Of a stretch of 64,000 nt of DNA, positions 22,745 to 34,233 are shown one piece after another. The stretch lies in assembly GCA_030390025.1 (NCBI GenBank), contig CM059433.1, forward strand, positions 2,914,001 through 2,978,000. The letters are read 5' to 3'. This stretch comes from Squalus acanthias (Eukaryota). A model generated the notes under the pieces. That model was not told the DNA's origin and did not search any database. It saw only the letters and a program-made list of their open reading frames with translations. The position numbers were made by a program, and so were the translations under genes. Every line of letters starts with the position of its first letter. Within the stretch, counting starts at the first letter, position 1.

Positions 22745-24960
22745 TATTCTCAGGATTTGAGCAATGCTGCCAAGGAATGAGGAGTATGTCCAAGTCAGGA
22801 TAGTATGTGACTTGGAGGTTAACTTGGACATGATGGTTTTGTTCTTCGATGTGGTAGAGGCTGCAGGGGATGGAGGGGCTATTGATGTAAGCTTGGTGAG
22901 TTACTGCAATGCCTCTTTTAGATTGTACATACTGCAGCCACAGTGCACTGGTGATGGAGGGGATGGATATTGAGTCCAGTGGCTAAGCATCAAGCCAGAA
23001 AGCTGCTCAGTCCCGGATAATGTCGAGCTTCTTGAATGTTGTGTCTGCGGCCATTCAGGCGAGTGGTCATTATTCCATCACAGTCCTGACTTCAGCCTTA
23101 TAGATGATGGAGAGACTTTAAGGAGTCAGGAGGTGAGGCACTCTTTACAGAGTAACCAGCTTCTGTGCTGCTCTTGTAGCACAAGTGTTGATATGGTTGG
23201 CCCAGTTAAGCTTCTGGTCAATGGTGACCACCAAGCAGTTGATGGTGGAGGACTCAGTGATGGTTGTGCCATTGAAGGTCGGGGAGATGATCAGGTTTTC
23301 TCTTGTCCAAGACATTTATTCCCTGACATTTATGTGGCATGAATGTTACCTGACACTTGTCAGTCCAAGCTTGGATGTAATCCAATCTTGCTGTGGCTGG
23401 CATGGGCTGATTCATTATTGGAAGAGTTGTGAATGAAGCTGAACACTGAAATCCTCAGTAAACAGACCCACTCTTGACGCTATGATGGTGGGAAGGTCAT
23501 TGATGAAGCAGCTGAAGATGGTTGGGCCAAGGACACTGCCCCGAGGAACTCCTGCAGCCATGTCCTGGGGCTGAGATGACAGGCCTCCAACCACCACAAC
23601 CATCTTCCTTTGTGTTAAACAGCAGACAATGGACATTTTCTCTTTGACCTCCATTGACCTCAGTTTTGGTCGGGCTACTCTCTCCTCTCCTCTGGCATTC
23701 AATTCTGGATCAAGGCTGTAATAAGGTCAGGAGATGAGTGGGCCTGACGGAATCCAAACTGAGCAGGATATTGGTGAATAGATGTCACTTCATGACACTA
23801 TTGATGACTCCTTCCATCATTTGACTGATAATTGGGAGGAGACTGATAGAATGGTAGCTGGTCAGGTTAGATTTACTGGGTTAAAAATTGGTTGAGGCCA
23901 TTTTTTAGGCCCTTAATAGGCAATGTGCTTGGAGCTAGCAGTGGCCCTCAGGAGGCCTGCTCTTCCTGGCTCCAGATGATAGTAAGTTGAAAAGAGGAAA
24001 CTTACCTTTTGACATGAATCTGTCAATCATGAAAGAAAGACTTATGAAATAATACTGAGTGGCCTGTGGGTGGCGCTGTCCAGGGAGAGTATAAATACTC
24101 GGGCACGGGCCCAGCTTGTGCAGGACATTCTTAACAGGAACTAGTGAAGGACACAACATGTTGTAAAACAGTTGATTAAAGCTTTGTTTAACGCTTAGAC
24201 CAAGTGCCTAGTAGTTTTCTTACATCACCTTTTTCTTGGTGGCCTCCATCAGTCCCTTTAAGGATCGTTGGTTAGGCCGCAGCAAGAACATGCCCGGCAC
24301 ATGCTCTGCTGAAAGCTGACCAATTTCCAAGAAGGTCTTTATACATGCGTTAGACCCCTCATTAGCCAAAGCAAGGGGCCTAATGCCAATTTCTCCCCCT
24401 GTTCTCTCCTGTTTTCATAGCTGGGACGCACCTGGGAAATCTTGCACCTTGTTGGGTAGATGCCAGTGTCATAGCTGTACTAGAACGGAGTAGCTGGGGA
24501 AGCGGCTAGCTTTGGTGCGCAGAGCTTAAGCACTACCACCAGTTGTAGTATCGTCAGGGCCCAGAGCTTTTGCTGTGTCTAGCTCATGCAGCTGGTTCTT
24601 AATATCACACGCAGCGATCCGAACTGGCTGGACACTGGCACCTGTGATGGTGGAAACCTCAGGAGGAGTTCACTTGGCATTTTTAGCTGAAGATGCTTGG
24701 AAACACTTCAGTGTTTTTACTGCATTTATTTTCTGGGCTCTACCATGGTTGAGGGTAGAGACATTTATGGAACCTCCATTTCCTGCTAGTTGCCTGATTG
24801 TCCACCACCATTCTAAGCTGGATGTGTTCGAGCTACAGAGCTTTGCTCTGATTCTTTGGTTGTGGGACTACTGCCATAATGTCCACAGCTTGCTTCTTTT
24901 GGTGTTTAGCATGTGCGTAGTCCTGTGTAGTAGTTTAATTGCCGCAGTCCCTCATTCTGA
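22745..24960 (-). mobile_element. Old CR1-group (L2/Crack-like) LINE RT remnant, split by a MITE
   Basis: AGVPRGSVLGPTIFSCFINDLP (23415-23702). Homologous to 50490-51220. Confidence 0.7.
23878..24399. mobile_element. Harbinger-type MITE inserted in the LINE
   Basis: GGGTTAAAAATTGG / CCAATTTCTCCCC ends with CTG flanks. Confidence 0.6.
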
Positions 24961-25512
24961 TGTATAAAGTGCTTAATTTCATTCTATTCAAATCAAAGTC
25001 CTATCAACTTTGATACAACATGACACTATCAGTGCTGCAGCAAATTAGACTGCTTATATTACAAAATTACAAATTCTTTCAGCTAAAGTTTTTCTTTGGC
25101 ATAAAAAGTTAACGTTGGTCATAATTTTACACAGCATGGTATAGGAAATTAGATTTATTACAGACAGTTCAATTTTGATTAATATGCATTTCTTCCATGA
25201 GTTAGCAGCATTTCATGATAAGTTTAAGGACCAACTGACTAAACAACCTCTGTGGAAGCCATGCCAGGTCCAAATTGCGTGCCAGCAGAATGATACTCTT
25301 GAATATCATTATCATACTTAAGCAGCTTAAGTCTTGCATGTGGTGTACGATGAAAGGACTCCCGTGGAGTAATGTGAGCATGCAGCCCTTCAAGCTTGTA
25401 CCTTAAAGTTAAAGGGATGCAGCCATCTGTAGGTATGTGAGGACATGTGTAGATGAAAAATATTAGAGCCTTCTAAAGACTCCAGAAAGATTTGGAATAT
25501 TTTTCAGCCTTT

Positions 25513-26480
25513 TCAAAGGGTGCTATTGGGCTGCAGCTCGGCACTCCCTCTGATCTGTGAGGGACCTATCCTTTCGGTTCCCCAGCCTGTCCAAAGCAGA
25601 GGAGATGGTGGAGCCAGAGCTTGCATGGCCCCAGTATGAGCATCCTTGAGAAAAGCTGCTACAGAGCCACAGACACGAGCTGCAGTGTCGATTAAGGTGA
25701 CCACATGCTCCGTGACTGACAGCAGCGTGGCAATGCCATGCACCAGGATCCCACATAAGTTGGTCACGGACTCCTCCACTATTCTGACATGTTGCGACAA
25801 CTTCCTAACAGGCAGTCCAAGACATTCAGCAATTTCTGGTGCACAGAAAAGCATTTCTCCTTTAAAGGCTGAGCCTCTGAAGTCTTCATCTCTGTCCTCT
25901 TCAGCAGAGCTAAGATGCAGGTTTGCCCTCTGGTGAGCCATTTCCTGGACTGTCTCTTCTACCTGCATCTTGTGCTCCATCAACCACTCGGTATAGACTC
26001 CTCTAACTTACTATCTATACCATATGGGGTGTCAATTACTGTGCTGGTGCTTGGAAGTGTAAGAGCGGGTGGTGGTGTATCTTCGGGAGTTTTCTCCCCC
26101 TCCTCCGTCTGTGTGGCTGTAGGGCTGGAGAAGGACCTAGAACAAGAGAAGAGGGATAAAGGTTAGCATGTAACACAAGGGTAAGTAGTAGAAGATAACT
26201 GGCAGCGCAGTGCACCACCAGGTTGTCATGCTGTGTGTGTGTTTGGATGAGAGAGTTGAGTGAGAGAGTTAAGCAGAAAGAACAAAGGATAGGAAAGTGC
26301 CCAAAGATCCTGCTTTGTCTGGCCTCCAACCTTGCCATCTCCAGTGCTGCCTGCCCGCTCTCTTCCAATGATGCTGATGACCGCATCCTCCATTGGTGTC
26401 AGGTTTTGCAATGTAGCGGGACCTCCTCCTTTATTTGAAGTCTCCGTTCAGTTGCTTGCCAGCTTCTCCTGGAAGAAAGG
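25513..26480 (-). pseudogene. Degenerate Harbinger Myb/SANT-gene remnant (distal exons)
   Basis: LTPMEDAVISIIG and RIVEESVTNL segments resemble exon 2 and exon 3 of the Myb genes at 18141-20023 and 39247-41110. Confidence 0.45.
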
Positions 26481-27356
26481 TGAAAGTGGGTTATTGCTTG
26501 CCCTGCTGAAGGGTTTTGAAGATTTGTGAGGCAGCTCAGCACAGCGTGCACGATGAGAGGAAGAAGCAGCGAGTGTGAGCAAGGGGGGGGAGTAGTTGAG
26601 GGCAGTAGTAGGTATTGAGTAAGGGGGGAAACCAGAAGGAGGTGCGGTGAAGTGTCCTGCTGTGATTGGAGGAAGGGCTTGTGAAACGGGGGAGGAAAGG
26701 ATTGAAACTGCTGTTGAGTCTGAGCTTTCTCTGCCCCAACATGCAGACTAGTTCAGTATAGGACCATTGAGACTTTAATTGAATTGAGTTTAATATATGC
26801 TGTTTTTTTTCAGATTAATAAACAGTGACCGAGAACTGTTTCAGTAGATAAAACAGGCTATTCCTGAGTAGCACAGACAGTAATTAAATTAGATGAAGCA
26901 GTCATTATTCTCTTTAAAAGTAGTCTCAGCAGCTTTTAGCCACTGATTGTTGACATAATTTACATCATGATGAGGTGCTCCAGGTCCAAAAATGCGTTTG
27001 CATTGTAAGAATGTCACTGTGACAATTTTCCCTCAATCTTCCCCGCTCTTCTTGCCTGAAGACATTGACTCCCTCACTCTGCTGTGGTTTGACAGGTGAC
27101 AGCAGTACTTTGCTGCTTCGCCCAAATGGCCAATTTTCATATTTGAGCTCTGACTGTGTGTTTAAACAGGCTATCCAATTGTGGCAGTGATCACAGCTGA
27201 GTCCAACCCCGTCCTTATCTGACATCCACAGGCCCACATTTCCAGCAGAGGTCACTGTACAATATCGGGAGCAGAGACCCTGGCCCAGATCAGCAAACTC
27301 TCCACGGAGTAGGATTTCAAAAAACAATAAGGACCAACAAAATCAACAAATACAAG

Positions 27357-27650
27357 TGCCTGGAAATTTGGGCGTGCAATGTACACGGCCTGCGTGCGAA
27401 TGGTAAGCCCTGAGGTGTCCCCAGTACTGGGCCTCGGGCCTAATTACAATGGAGCCGGCGATGAGCAACACTCAGCTGGCGCAGAGGAGTGCGGAGGGCC
27501 TGATGCCTGCTTCAGGCGTGGGTGAAGGACGCCTATCTGTTTCCTTTCCCAATATGGCGGGTGGCCCACGCTTGGCTGCGCGCCATATTAGGGGCTCAGT
27601 AGGCCAGATGGCGCCCCAACAACGGGTGCTGCACGGCTGAATTTTAGGCC
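27357..27650. mobile_element. Harbinger-type MITE
   Basis: GCCTGGAAATTT...GAATTTTAGGCC termini. Confidence 0.5.
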
Positions 27651-27671
27651 AAAGTCTCTTATAAAGCTTAA

Positions 27672-28266
27672 GGAGGGAAAATTGGCTCGCACCTACTTTT
27701 AGCGCCCCGAAAAAGTTAACGCCCCCGCGTCCGAAATTCAATGGTAGCGCCCCAAGCAGGAGGCGGGGCGCTACTGGAAACGCTCCCCCTCCCTCTTGGG
27801 GCGCTCCCATTGAATATCGCGGCGCTACGTGCAGCAGCTCCACGCGCGTTGGCACGTAGTGCCGCGGTAGTGCAGGCCTCCCTCCCCTGATTAAAGGGGA
27901 GGGGCCTAGCGCAGCGCGCACCGGGGCCCTGCTGGATCACCTGACGGATCGCAGCCGGCACCCCGCAGGAGGAGGCCAGAGGAGGGCAGGTGCTGGCAGG
28001 CGGCCCAAAAAAAAATGGCCACCCGGCACCTGCCCTTTAATTTGCGCCGCCCCGGCCGCAAGAACGCCCCCCTGACCCTGTCGCACATAGCGTCCGGCGG
28101 TAGGTCGGGGGGCGCGAGCCAAGTTTTCGGCCAGGGTGTGAGCGGGGTGCTGCGCACGGCGATGATGTAATCGGCGGAGGCGCAGCGCCACGGGGCGCTA
28201 CCGGCTACCGCCGCCGCTAACCCCCCCCCCGCTGAATTTCGCTTTGCACCCCGTTAGCGCCCCCCT
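27672..28266. mobile_element. Harbinger-type MITE (same family as 20224-20849)
   Basis: Shares CAGGCCTCCCTCCCCTGATTAAAGGGGAGGGGCCTAG and flanking sequence. Confidence 0.65.
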
Positions 28267-29131
28267 GAGTTTGTTAATGCGACAAATATGATGCTTTTTG
28301 AAGTTCTTTCCCCCCCCCTCCCAATTCTGTATTTGTGAATTTTTCTGTACATTGATTTGAGTGTCGTCAGTGCTGTTGAAACATCAAACCAGCCTCAGAA
28401 CTACCGAACCCCAGGAAACTACTGATACAAGCTGAGAATGCGGGTTTTCCAGTCTCTCCGGCTAGTCTGCAGCAGAGCTTATGCTTGTTTGAAATCCCAT
28501 CCCTGCTTTGCAATGGAATCACTCCAGGGCGTACACATCACTGGAGTGGCCCACCAGCGCGGAAGCATCGGGCGAGTCTATGTGACAGGAATGAAATTAT
28601 TGTTTAAAAACAAAATCCAAAGAAATTTCTGGTAAAACTCATTTTCTTTAATAATGAGTTTAACAATAAGTACGTCACTAGATTTCACTTCCTCTTTCAA
28701 GGTATTCTTCAATGTGTGGATTTATTTTACGAAAAGTTTAATATTCTTAATTTTTAATAAGGGATACAGTTTGGGAATTGGTATCCTTATTTTAGCTCCA
28801 GGTATAATGTAAATCAAAGTAAGTGAAAGGCATAAAAGTTTCTCCACTTTGAAGTGAAGAGATGTGTAGTGAAGGACGTGCCTGTTGTCACTTTTGGTCC
28901 CAGTGGAGATAAAGCCACAACAGGAGGCTGTAGCACCAATTGTCTTTACAGCCTCATAATGCTGTGAATTTTTATTGTTGTCACTTTGAGTTTGGCAGCT
29001 ATAAAGGAAAATAAGGCTATTTACATTTATACCACTTCTGTGGTGGTATAGACTATTGAATTCACTTTTATTATTGAATAGTCTTTCATTTGCATAATAT
29101 ATTCCACTGCAGCAACCAGGACTGTACATGT

Positions 29132-29325
29132 TGTGGTAACACAATACAGCTTCCTGTGACTCGAACTTTATTGCATCACTTCCTGTGATTAGTCCAGGAT
29201 AAATACTGGACTGATCAGTTGGATCCTGGAGAGGCATAGAGTAAGACCTCTTTTGTATGTAGCACCTTTTTAGTTGATTAAAGCTTACTTTAAGTTCACC
29301 ACGCATAAGGCTCATTCTTACGACA
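29132..29325 (+). repeat. 5' LTR (194 bp)
   Basis: Identical to 33407-33600 except A/G in ACGCATAAG vs ACGCGTAAG. Confidence 0.97.
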
Positions 29326-29403
29326 ATTTAATCAACTTTGGAAAACTTCGCACTCAAACTTTTTGGACGAACTCGGAACTAAGGATCCAGGGAATCACCC
29401 ATC

Positions 29404-32400
29404 ATGGAAAACATCCTTAAACCATCGCGTCTTGACTTGGACCCAAACACCCCAGCAGCCGGTAAGGTGTGGAAACACTGGTATCGCACGTTTGACAATT
29501 TTCTGGAATATTGTAAGGCTGATGATGACTCAAAGTTGCGGATACTCATCAACTGTGTCACCCCGAATGTATTTCAGTATGTGGAGGAATGGGACAGTTA
29601 CGAGGAGGCAATTCGGAAGCTTAAGAGACTATATACTAAGACACCGAATGAGGTCTATGCCAGACATCTACTTGCTACAGCCCAACAAGGGCCGGAGGAA
29701 TCCATTGATAAATTCCTCCAAGAGCTTCGCAGACTTAGTATGGACTGTAACTTTCGGGCGGCCTCAGCTGAGCTGTACCGTGAAGAAATGATCCGTGATG
29801 CTTTCATCTGCGGGCTTGCCTCCCCATTTATACGCCAGCGTCTACTGGAAAGTAAGACACTTGAGCTTCAGAGAGCTTATGACATGGCTTGCTCTCTAGA
29901 TCTGGCAAAAAGAAATGCAGACCTTTATACAGTGCCCAGACCTCGGTCTGCTGCCTTAACTACAGTCAGGCAATTTAAGAGGCCACAGGTGAACTCTATT
30001 AGGGAGGTCTTTATCCCTGACGATCAATCTGATGACTTCACTGATGAAGAGGATGATGACCCCACTGTGGCAGCCTCTTGGCAATCTAAGAAATGCTTCT
30101 TTTGTGGTGATGAGTTCCACCCTCGGAAATTCTGCCCTGCTCGCAATGCGTTTTGCAGTCATTGCAACAAAAAGGGTCATTTTGCAAAGGTTTGCCTATC
30201 AAGAGCCTCTACGAGGGCTTATCAAGCTAAGTCCTACCGAACTGCCCCAGTAAGGGCCTATCAAGATGTTCCGGCTAAAATCTATCGTGCTTCCTCTCAA
30301 AGAAACACACCTAGAGTTTCAGCCACTCTTTGTGCAATGACACCAATTACAGCTGCTTGTCCTCAGAACCTATTCCATGCAGCTACAAAAGCATCAATTA
30401 ATGGACATACTTTAGATGCCTTAATTGACTCAGGTAGCACTGATAGTTTCATTAGGGAACAGATTGTTGAAGAGTTAAAGCTACATGTTTTCCCATCGGA
30501 CCAGGCAGTTGCGATGGCTCAGTCATCACTTAATACCAGAATTTCTGGCTTTTGTATGGTTGAAATAACACTTAATGGTCGCAGGTATCCCTCCACCCGG
30601 CTTTCGGTGCTCAAGGACTTATGTAGTGATCTTATCTTAGGGCTGGATTTTCAAAAGCAGCATAAGAAGCTCACCATTGAGTTCGGCGGATCCAAACCTG
30701 AACTCACTATTTCTAATATACTACCTCGATTACCGTTCTGTGCATTGTCAGCAGCTTCACTGGATGAACCCTCACTGTTTTCCAGTATCCCTCCTCGATG
30801 CAAACCGATTATAACAAAGTCACGACGTTTCAGTCAGGAAGACCAGTCTTTTATTGCGGCTGAGATTTCTCGGCTTTTAGCAGAGGATATCATCGAGCCT
30901 TGTTCGTCGCCATGGCGCGCCCAGGTCGTTATTGTTAAGAACCCTCTACAACCTCACAAGAAACGGCTGTGCATTGACTATTCACAGACCATCAATCAAT
31001 ATACGGACTTGGACGCATACCCATTGCCGCGCATCGATGATATGGTTAATAAATTGGCTGAGTACACGGTGTTCTCAACATATGATCTAAAAAGTGCCTA
31101 TCATCAGGTACCCTTGAAGGTCTCAGACAAGCAGTATACGGCCTTTGAAGCCAATGGACGGCTGTATCAATTTCGTCGCCTCCCCTTTGGGGTCACTAAT
31201 GGAGTGGCTGTCTTCCAGCGAGCAATGGATGACCTGGTCAAACAGGAAGACTTGAAGGATACGTTTCCTTATCTGGACAATATTACTGTCGCAGGTCGCA
31301 ATCAGCGGGAACATGACGCCAATCTCCAACGATTTTGGGACGCACTCCAGCACCGTAATTTGACATTAAATGTGGCTAAATCCATTGAGTCACAACCAAC
31401 CATCAACATCCTTGGCTATTGTGTGGGCAATGGCATCATTAAACCTGACCCTGAAAGGCTTCGCCCACTCCAAGAACTCCCGCCACCTAAGAATCCAGCG
31501 TCCTTGCGCCGGGCCCTCGGCCTGTTTGCATACTATGCTAAATGGATTCCTAACTTCTCAGACCGAATCCAACCTCTACTGAAGGCCAGCACATTCCCAC
31601 TAGACACAGCGGCTGTTGCAGCCTTTAACCTCCTGAAAAAACAGTTGGAGAAAGCGATTCTTCACTCCATCGATGAGAGTCTTCCTTTTGTCGTTGAGTG
31701 TGATGCCTCGGAGGTGGCGATCTCGGCCACTCTGAATCAGGAAGGTCGTCCGGTGGCATTTTTGTCCAGGACTTTTCAAGGGGCTGAGCTACATTATCCT
31801 CCAGTCGAGAAAGAAGCTACAGCCATCATAGAGGCAGTACGGAAGTGGAGTCACCTCCTAACTCGCCAGCACTTTACCTTAATCACGGACCAGCGATCGG
31901 TCGCCTTCATGCTCGATAATCGAAAACGGACCAAAATTAAAAATAATAAAATCCAGCTTTGGCGGTTGGAATTGGCCTCTTTTGGTTACACCATCCACTA
32001 TCGACCTGGCAAGGAGAATGTGGCTCCAGATACCCTCACACGAGCATTCTGCTCCGCCATGGCACCCTCTACGCTCGTAGACATCCAAGATGGGTTGTGT
32101 CATCCGGGCGTTACTCGCATGCTACACTTCGTGCGGTCCCGAAATCTCCCATTCTCTACCGGGGATGTAAAGAAGATGTGCTCGGACTGCAGAGTCTGTG
32201 CGGAATTGAAACCTCGGTTTTTCCGCCCCTCGGGTGGTATACTCGTACATGCGACCCAGCCAATGCAACGGCTTAGCATCGATTTTAAGGGGCCGTTGCC
32301 CTCTTCAACTCGCAACACTTATCTATTGACCATGGTCGATGAGTATTCCCGTTTTCCGTTTGCCTTTCCCTACCCCAATATGCTGACGACCACGGTTATC

Positions 32401-33342
32401 AGCTGCCTTGAGCAGGTATTTGCTTTCTGTGGCATGGCATCCTATGTTCATTCGGATCGGGGCCCTTCTTTTATGTCAGGAGAACTCAAGGCCTATCTCT
32501 CGGAACGGGGTATTGCTGCCAGCAAAACGACGCCTTATCATCCGGTCGGGAATGGGCAAGTCGAGCGTTTTAACGCTATCATCTGGAATGCGGTACGTCT
32601 GGCTTTGAGATCTCGGGGCCTACCCAACCAGCAATGGGAAGCAGTACTTCCAGACGCATTACACTCCACACGGTCCCTCCTTTCGACCGCCACAAATACG
32701 ACGCCTCATGAACGGTTCTTCCGATTTCAGCGTCGCTCATCCTATGGGATATCTCTCCTGTCGTGGCTGACTGCACCGGGACCAGTGCTACTCCGAAGAT
32801 ATGTCCGGGCGTCTAAGAATGACCCTCTGGTAGATGAGGTTGAGCTCACTGACGTCAACCCTACCTACGCCTATATTCGGTATCCTGACGGTCGGGAATC
32901 TACCGTGTCATTGCGGGATCTGGCTCCCTGCCCGCCGAAACATAGAGGGACACCGGGGGATGATATTGTACCAGGCACATCTCTGGGCTCGCCAGGTGCC
33001 TCTCATCACGATCTGGATCTGACGCCGGCTGGTACCTCATTCCAGCGTGCCGACCTGGGGCAGACTGACTATGAGCCCGTCGGGGCTCGCACGCGCAGCC
33101 ACAATCCACCCTGTACCGTACGCTCGGAAACAGATCTGCCACAGCCCTGCCCAACACCCGTTCGGGCACCAGTACACAGTCAGGATCGTCCTGACCCCTC
33201 ACAGAGCGGGCTGGATCACTCGGACTCTGGTCCACGGCCCGCGGCGGGTAAACGGGCTAGGGGCCCTCTACCGCTACGAGAACCCAAACGGGTGCGGCTG
33301 TCCCTCGTCCAGCGGCTACGAAATGGAGGGAGAATGTGGTAA
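29404..33342 (+). CDS. Gag-Pol polyprotein, 1312 aa (Gag with two CCHC knuckles, protease, RT, RNase H, integrase)
   Basis: CFFCGDEFHPRKFC and CSHCNKKGHFAKVC; LIDSGS; LPFG and YLDN; ECDASE; HPG...CRVC; IDFKG, HSDRG, QVERFN. Gypsy domain order. Confidence 0.95.
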   Translation: MENILKPSRLDLDPNTPAAGKVWKHWYRTFDNFLEYCKADDDSKLRILINCVTPNVFQYVEEWDSYEEAIRKLKRLYTKTPNEVYARHLLATAQQGPEESIDKFLQELRRLSMDCNFRAASAELYREEMIRDAFICGLASPFIRQRLLESKTLELQRAYDMACSLDLAKRNADLYTVPRPRSAALTTVRQFKRPQVNSIREVFIPDDQSDDFTDEEDDDPTVAASWQSKKCFFCGDEFHPRKFCPARNAFCSHCNKKGHFAKVCLSRASTRAYQAKSYRTAPVRAYQDVPAKIYRASSQRNTPRVSATLCAMTPITAACPQNLFHAATKASINGHTLDALIDSGSTDSFIREQIVEELKLHVFPSDQAVAMAQSSLNTRISGFCMVEITLNGRRYPSTRLSVLKDLCSDLILGLDFQKQHKKLTIEFGGSKPELTISNILPRLPFCALSAASLDEPSLFSSIPPRCKPIITKSRRFSQEDQSFIAAEISRLLAEDIIEPCSSPWRAQVVIVKNPLQPHKKRLCIDYSQTINQYTDLDAYPLPRIDDMVNKLAEYTVFSTYDLKSAYHQVPLKVSDKQYTAFEANGRLYQFRRLPFGVTNGVAVFQRAMDDLVKQEDLKDTFPYLDNITVAGRNQREHDANLQRFWDALQHRNLTLNVAKSIESQPTINILGYCVGNGIIKPDPERLRPLQELPPPKNPASLRRALGLFAYYAKWIPNFSDRIQPLLKASTFPLDTAAVAAFNLLKKQLEKAILHSIDESLPFVVECDASEVAISATLNQEGRPVAFLSRTFQGAELHYPPVEKEATAIIEAVRKWSHLLTRQHFTLITDQRSVAFMLDNRKRTKIKNNKIQLWRLELASFGYTIHYRPGKENVAPDTLTRAFCSAMAPSTLVDIQDGLCHPGVTRMLHFVRSRNLPFSTGDVKKMCSDCRVCAELKPRFFRPSGGILVHATQPMQRLSIDFKGPLPSSTRNTYLLTMVDEYSRFPFAFPYPNMLTTTVISCLEQVFAFCGMASYVHSDRGPSFMSGELKAYLSERGIAASKTTPYHPVGNGQVERFNAIIWNAVRLALRSRGLPNQQWEAVLPDALHSTRSLLSTATNTTPHERFFRFQRRSSYGISLLSWLTAPGPVLLRRYVRASKNDPLVDEVELTDVNPTYAYIRYPDGRESTVSLRDLAPCPPKHRGTPGDDIVPGTSLGSPGASHHDLDLTPAGTSFQRADLGQTDYEPVGARTRSHNPPCTVRSETDLPQPCPTPVRAPVHSQDRPDPSQSGLDHSDSGPRPAAGKRARGPLPLREPKRVRLSLVQRLRNGGRMW

Positions 33343-33406
33343 CACAATACAGCTTCCTGTGACTCGAACTTCATCCCGGCCTCCTAATCTTTTGGGGGGG
33401 GGAGAA

Positions 33407-33600
33407 TGTGGTAACACAATACAGCTTCCTGTGACTCGAACTTTATTGCATCACTTCCTGTGATTAGTCCAGGATAAATACTGGACTGATCAGTTGGATC
33501 CTGGAGAGGCATAGAGTAAGACCTCTTTTGTATGTAGCACCTTTTTAGTTGATTAAAGCTTACTTTAAGTTCACCACGCGTAAGGCTCATTCTTACGACA
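33407..33600 (+). repeat. 3' LTR (194 bp)
   Basis: Preceded by polypurine tract GGGGGGGGGAGAA. Confidence 0.97.
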
Positions 33601-34233
33601 CATGTATTATTCCCTTTATTCTCCAACTGCCCAATCACAGCTTTGGAAACGCCACTTATACTATTATCTTGACCCATTATCTTGTATTCTCTCTTCCCTT
33701 TCACAGATCCCTGTGCACCATATGTCATTTTCGAGAGACAGTTTAAGGAACTCATATACTACTCGACCTTTGACCATATTACTCTCTAACTGCTCTTTCA
33801 GTGATCTGGAGGGACTTCTTCCTGAGGAGGCGTTTGTCCTTTGCTTCGTCACTCCTGCTATGGTATGACCAATGGGAAACTCTGTAAAGAATATATTGTC
33901 TTGGTTGAAGAGGTTGCTGAATAAAAAAACCCACAGGACTTGTTTGATTTTTAGACGGTTAAAACGTTATTGTAAGTGAACTTTAGGATTTGTTTGCCTT
34001 CAGTTGTTTTATTCACTTTAAACTCTGCTGAGCGAGCCCCACTATATTATTGGCTAACTCGCTGCCATGTCTTAAGAAGTGGCCTCTGTCTTACTCAACC
34101 ATGCCCAGGGCTCCATCCGATCCTGGTATCAAGAGAAGGGTTCAGCTGCACACTGAGCAAACCAGACACACAACACAGCGCAATCATTTTACAATGAAAT
34201 GTGGAATGTGGGGAATGAAAGGCACAATCCTAA

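Larger units (their letters stand above)
29132..33600 (+). mobile_element. Full-length Ty3/Gypsy LTR retrotransposon
   Basis: LTRs 29132-29325 and 33407-33600 (TG...CA, one mismatch), TSD CATGT (29127-29131 and 33601-33605), PPT 33394-33406, single gag-pol ORF. Confidence 0.97.

Noticed and set aside
28722..29315. 197-aa minus-strand ORF
   Set aside because: It crosses the LTR-flank junction and has no domain; chance ORF.
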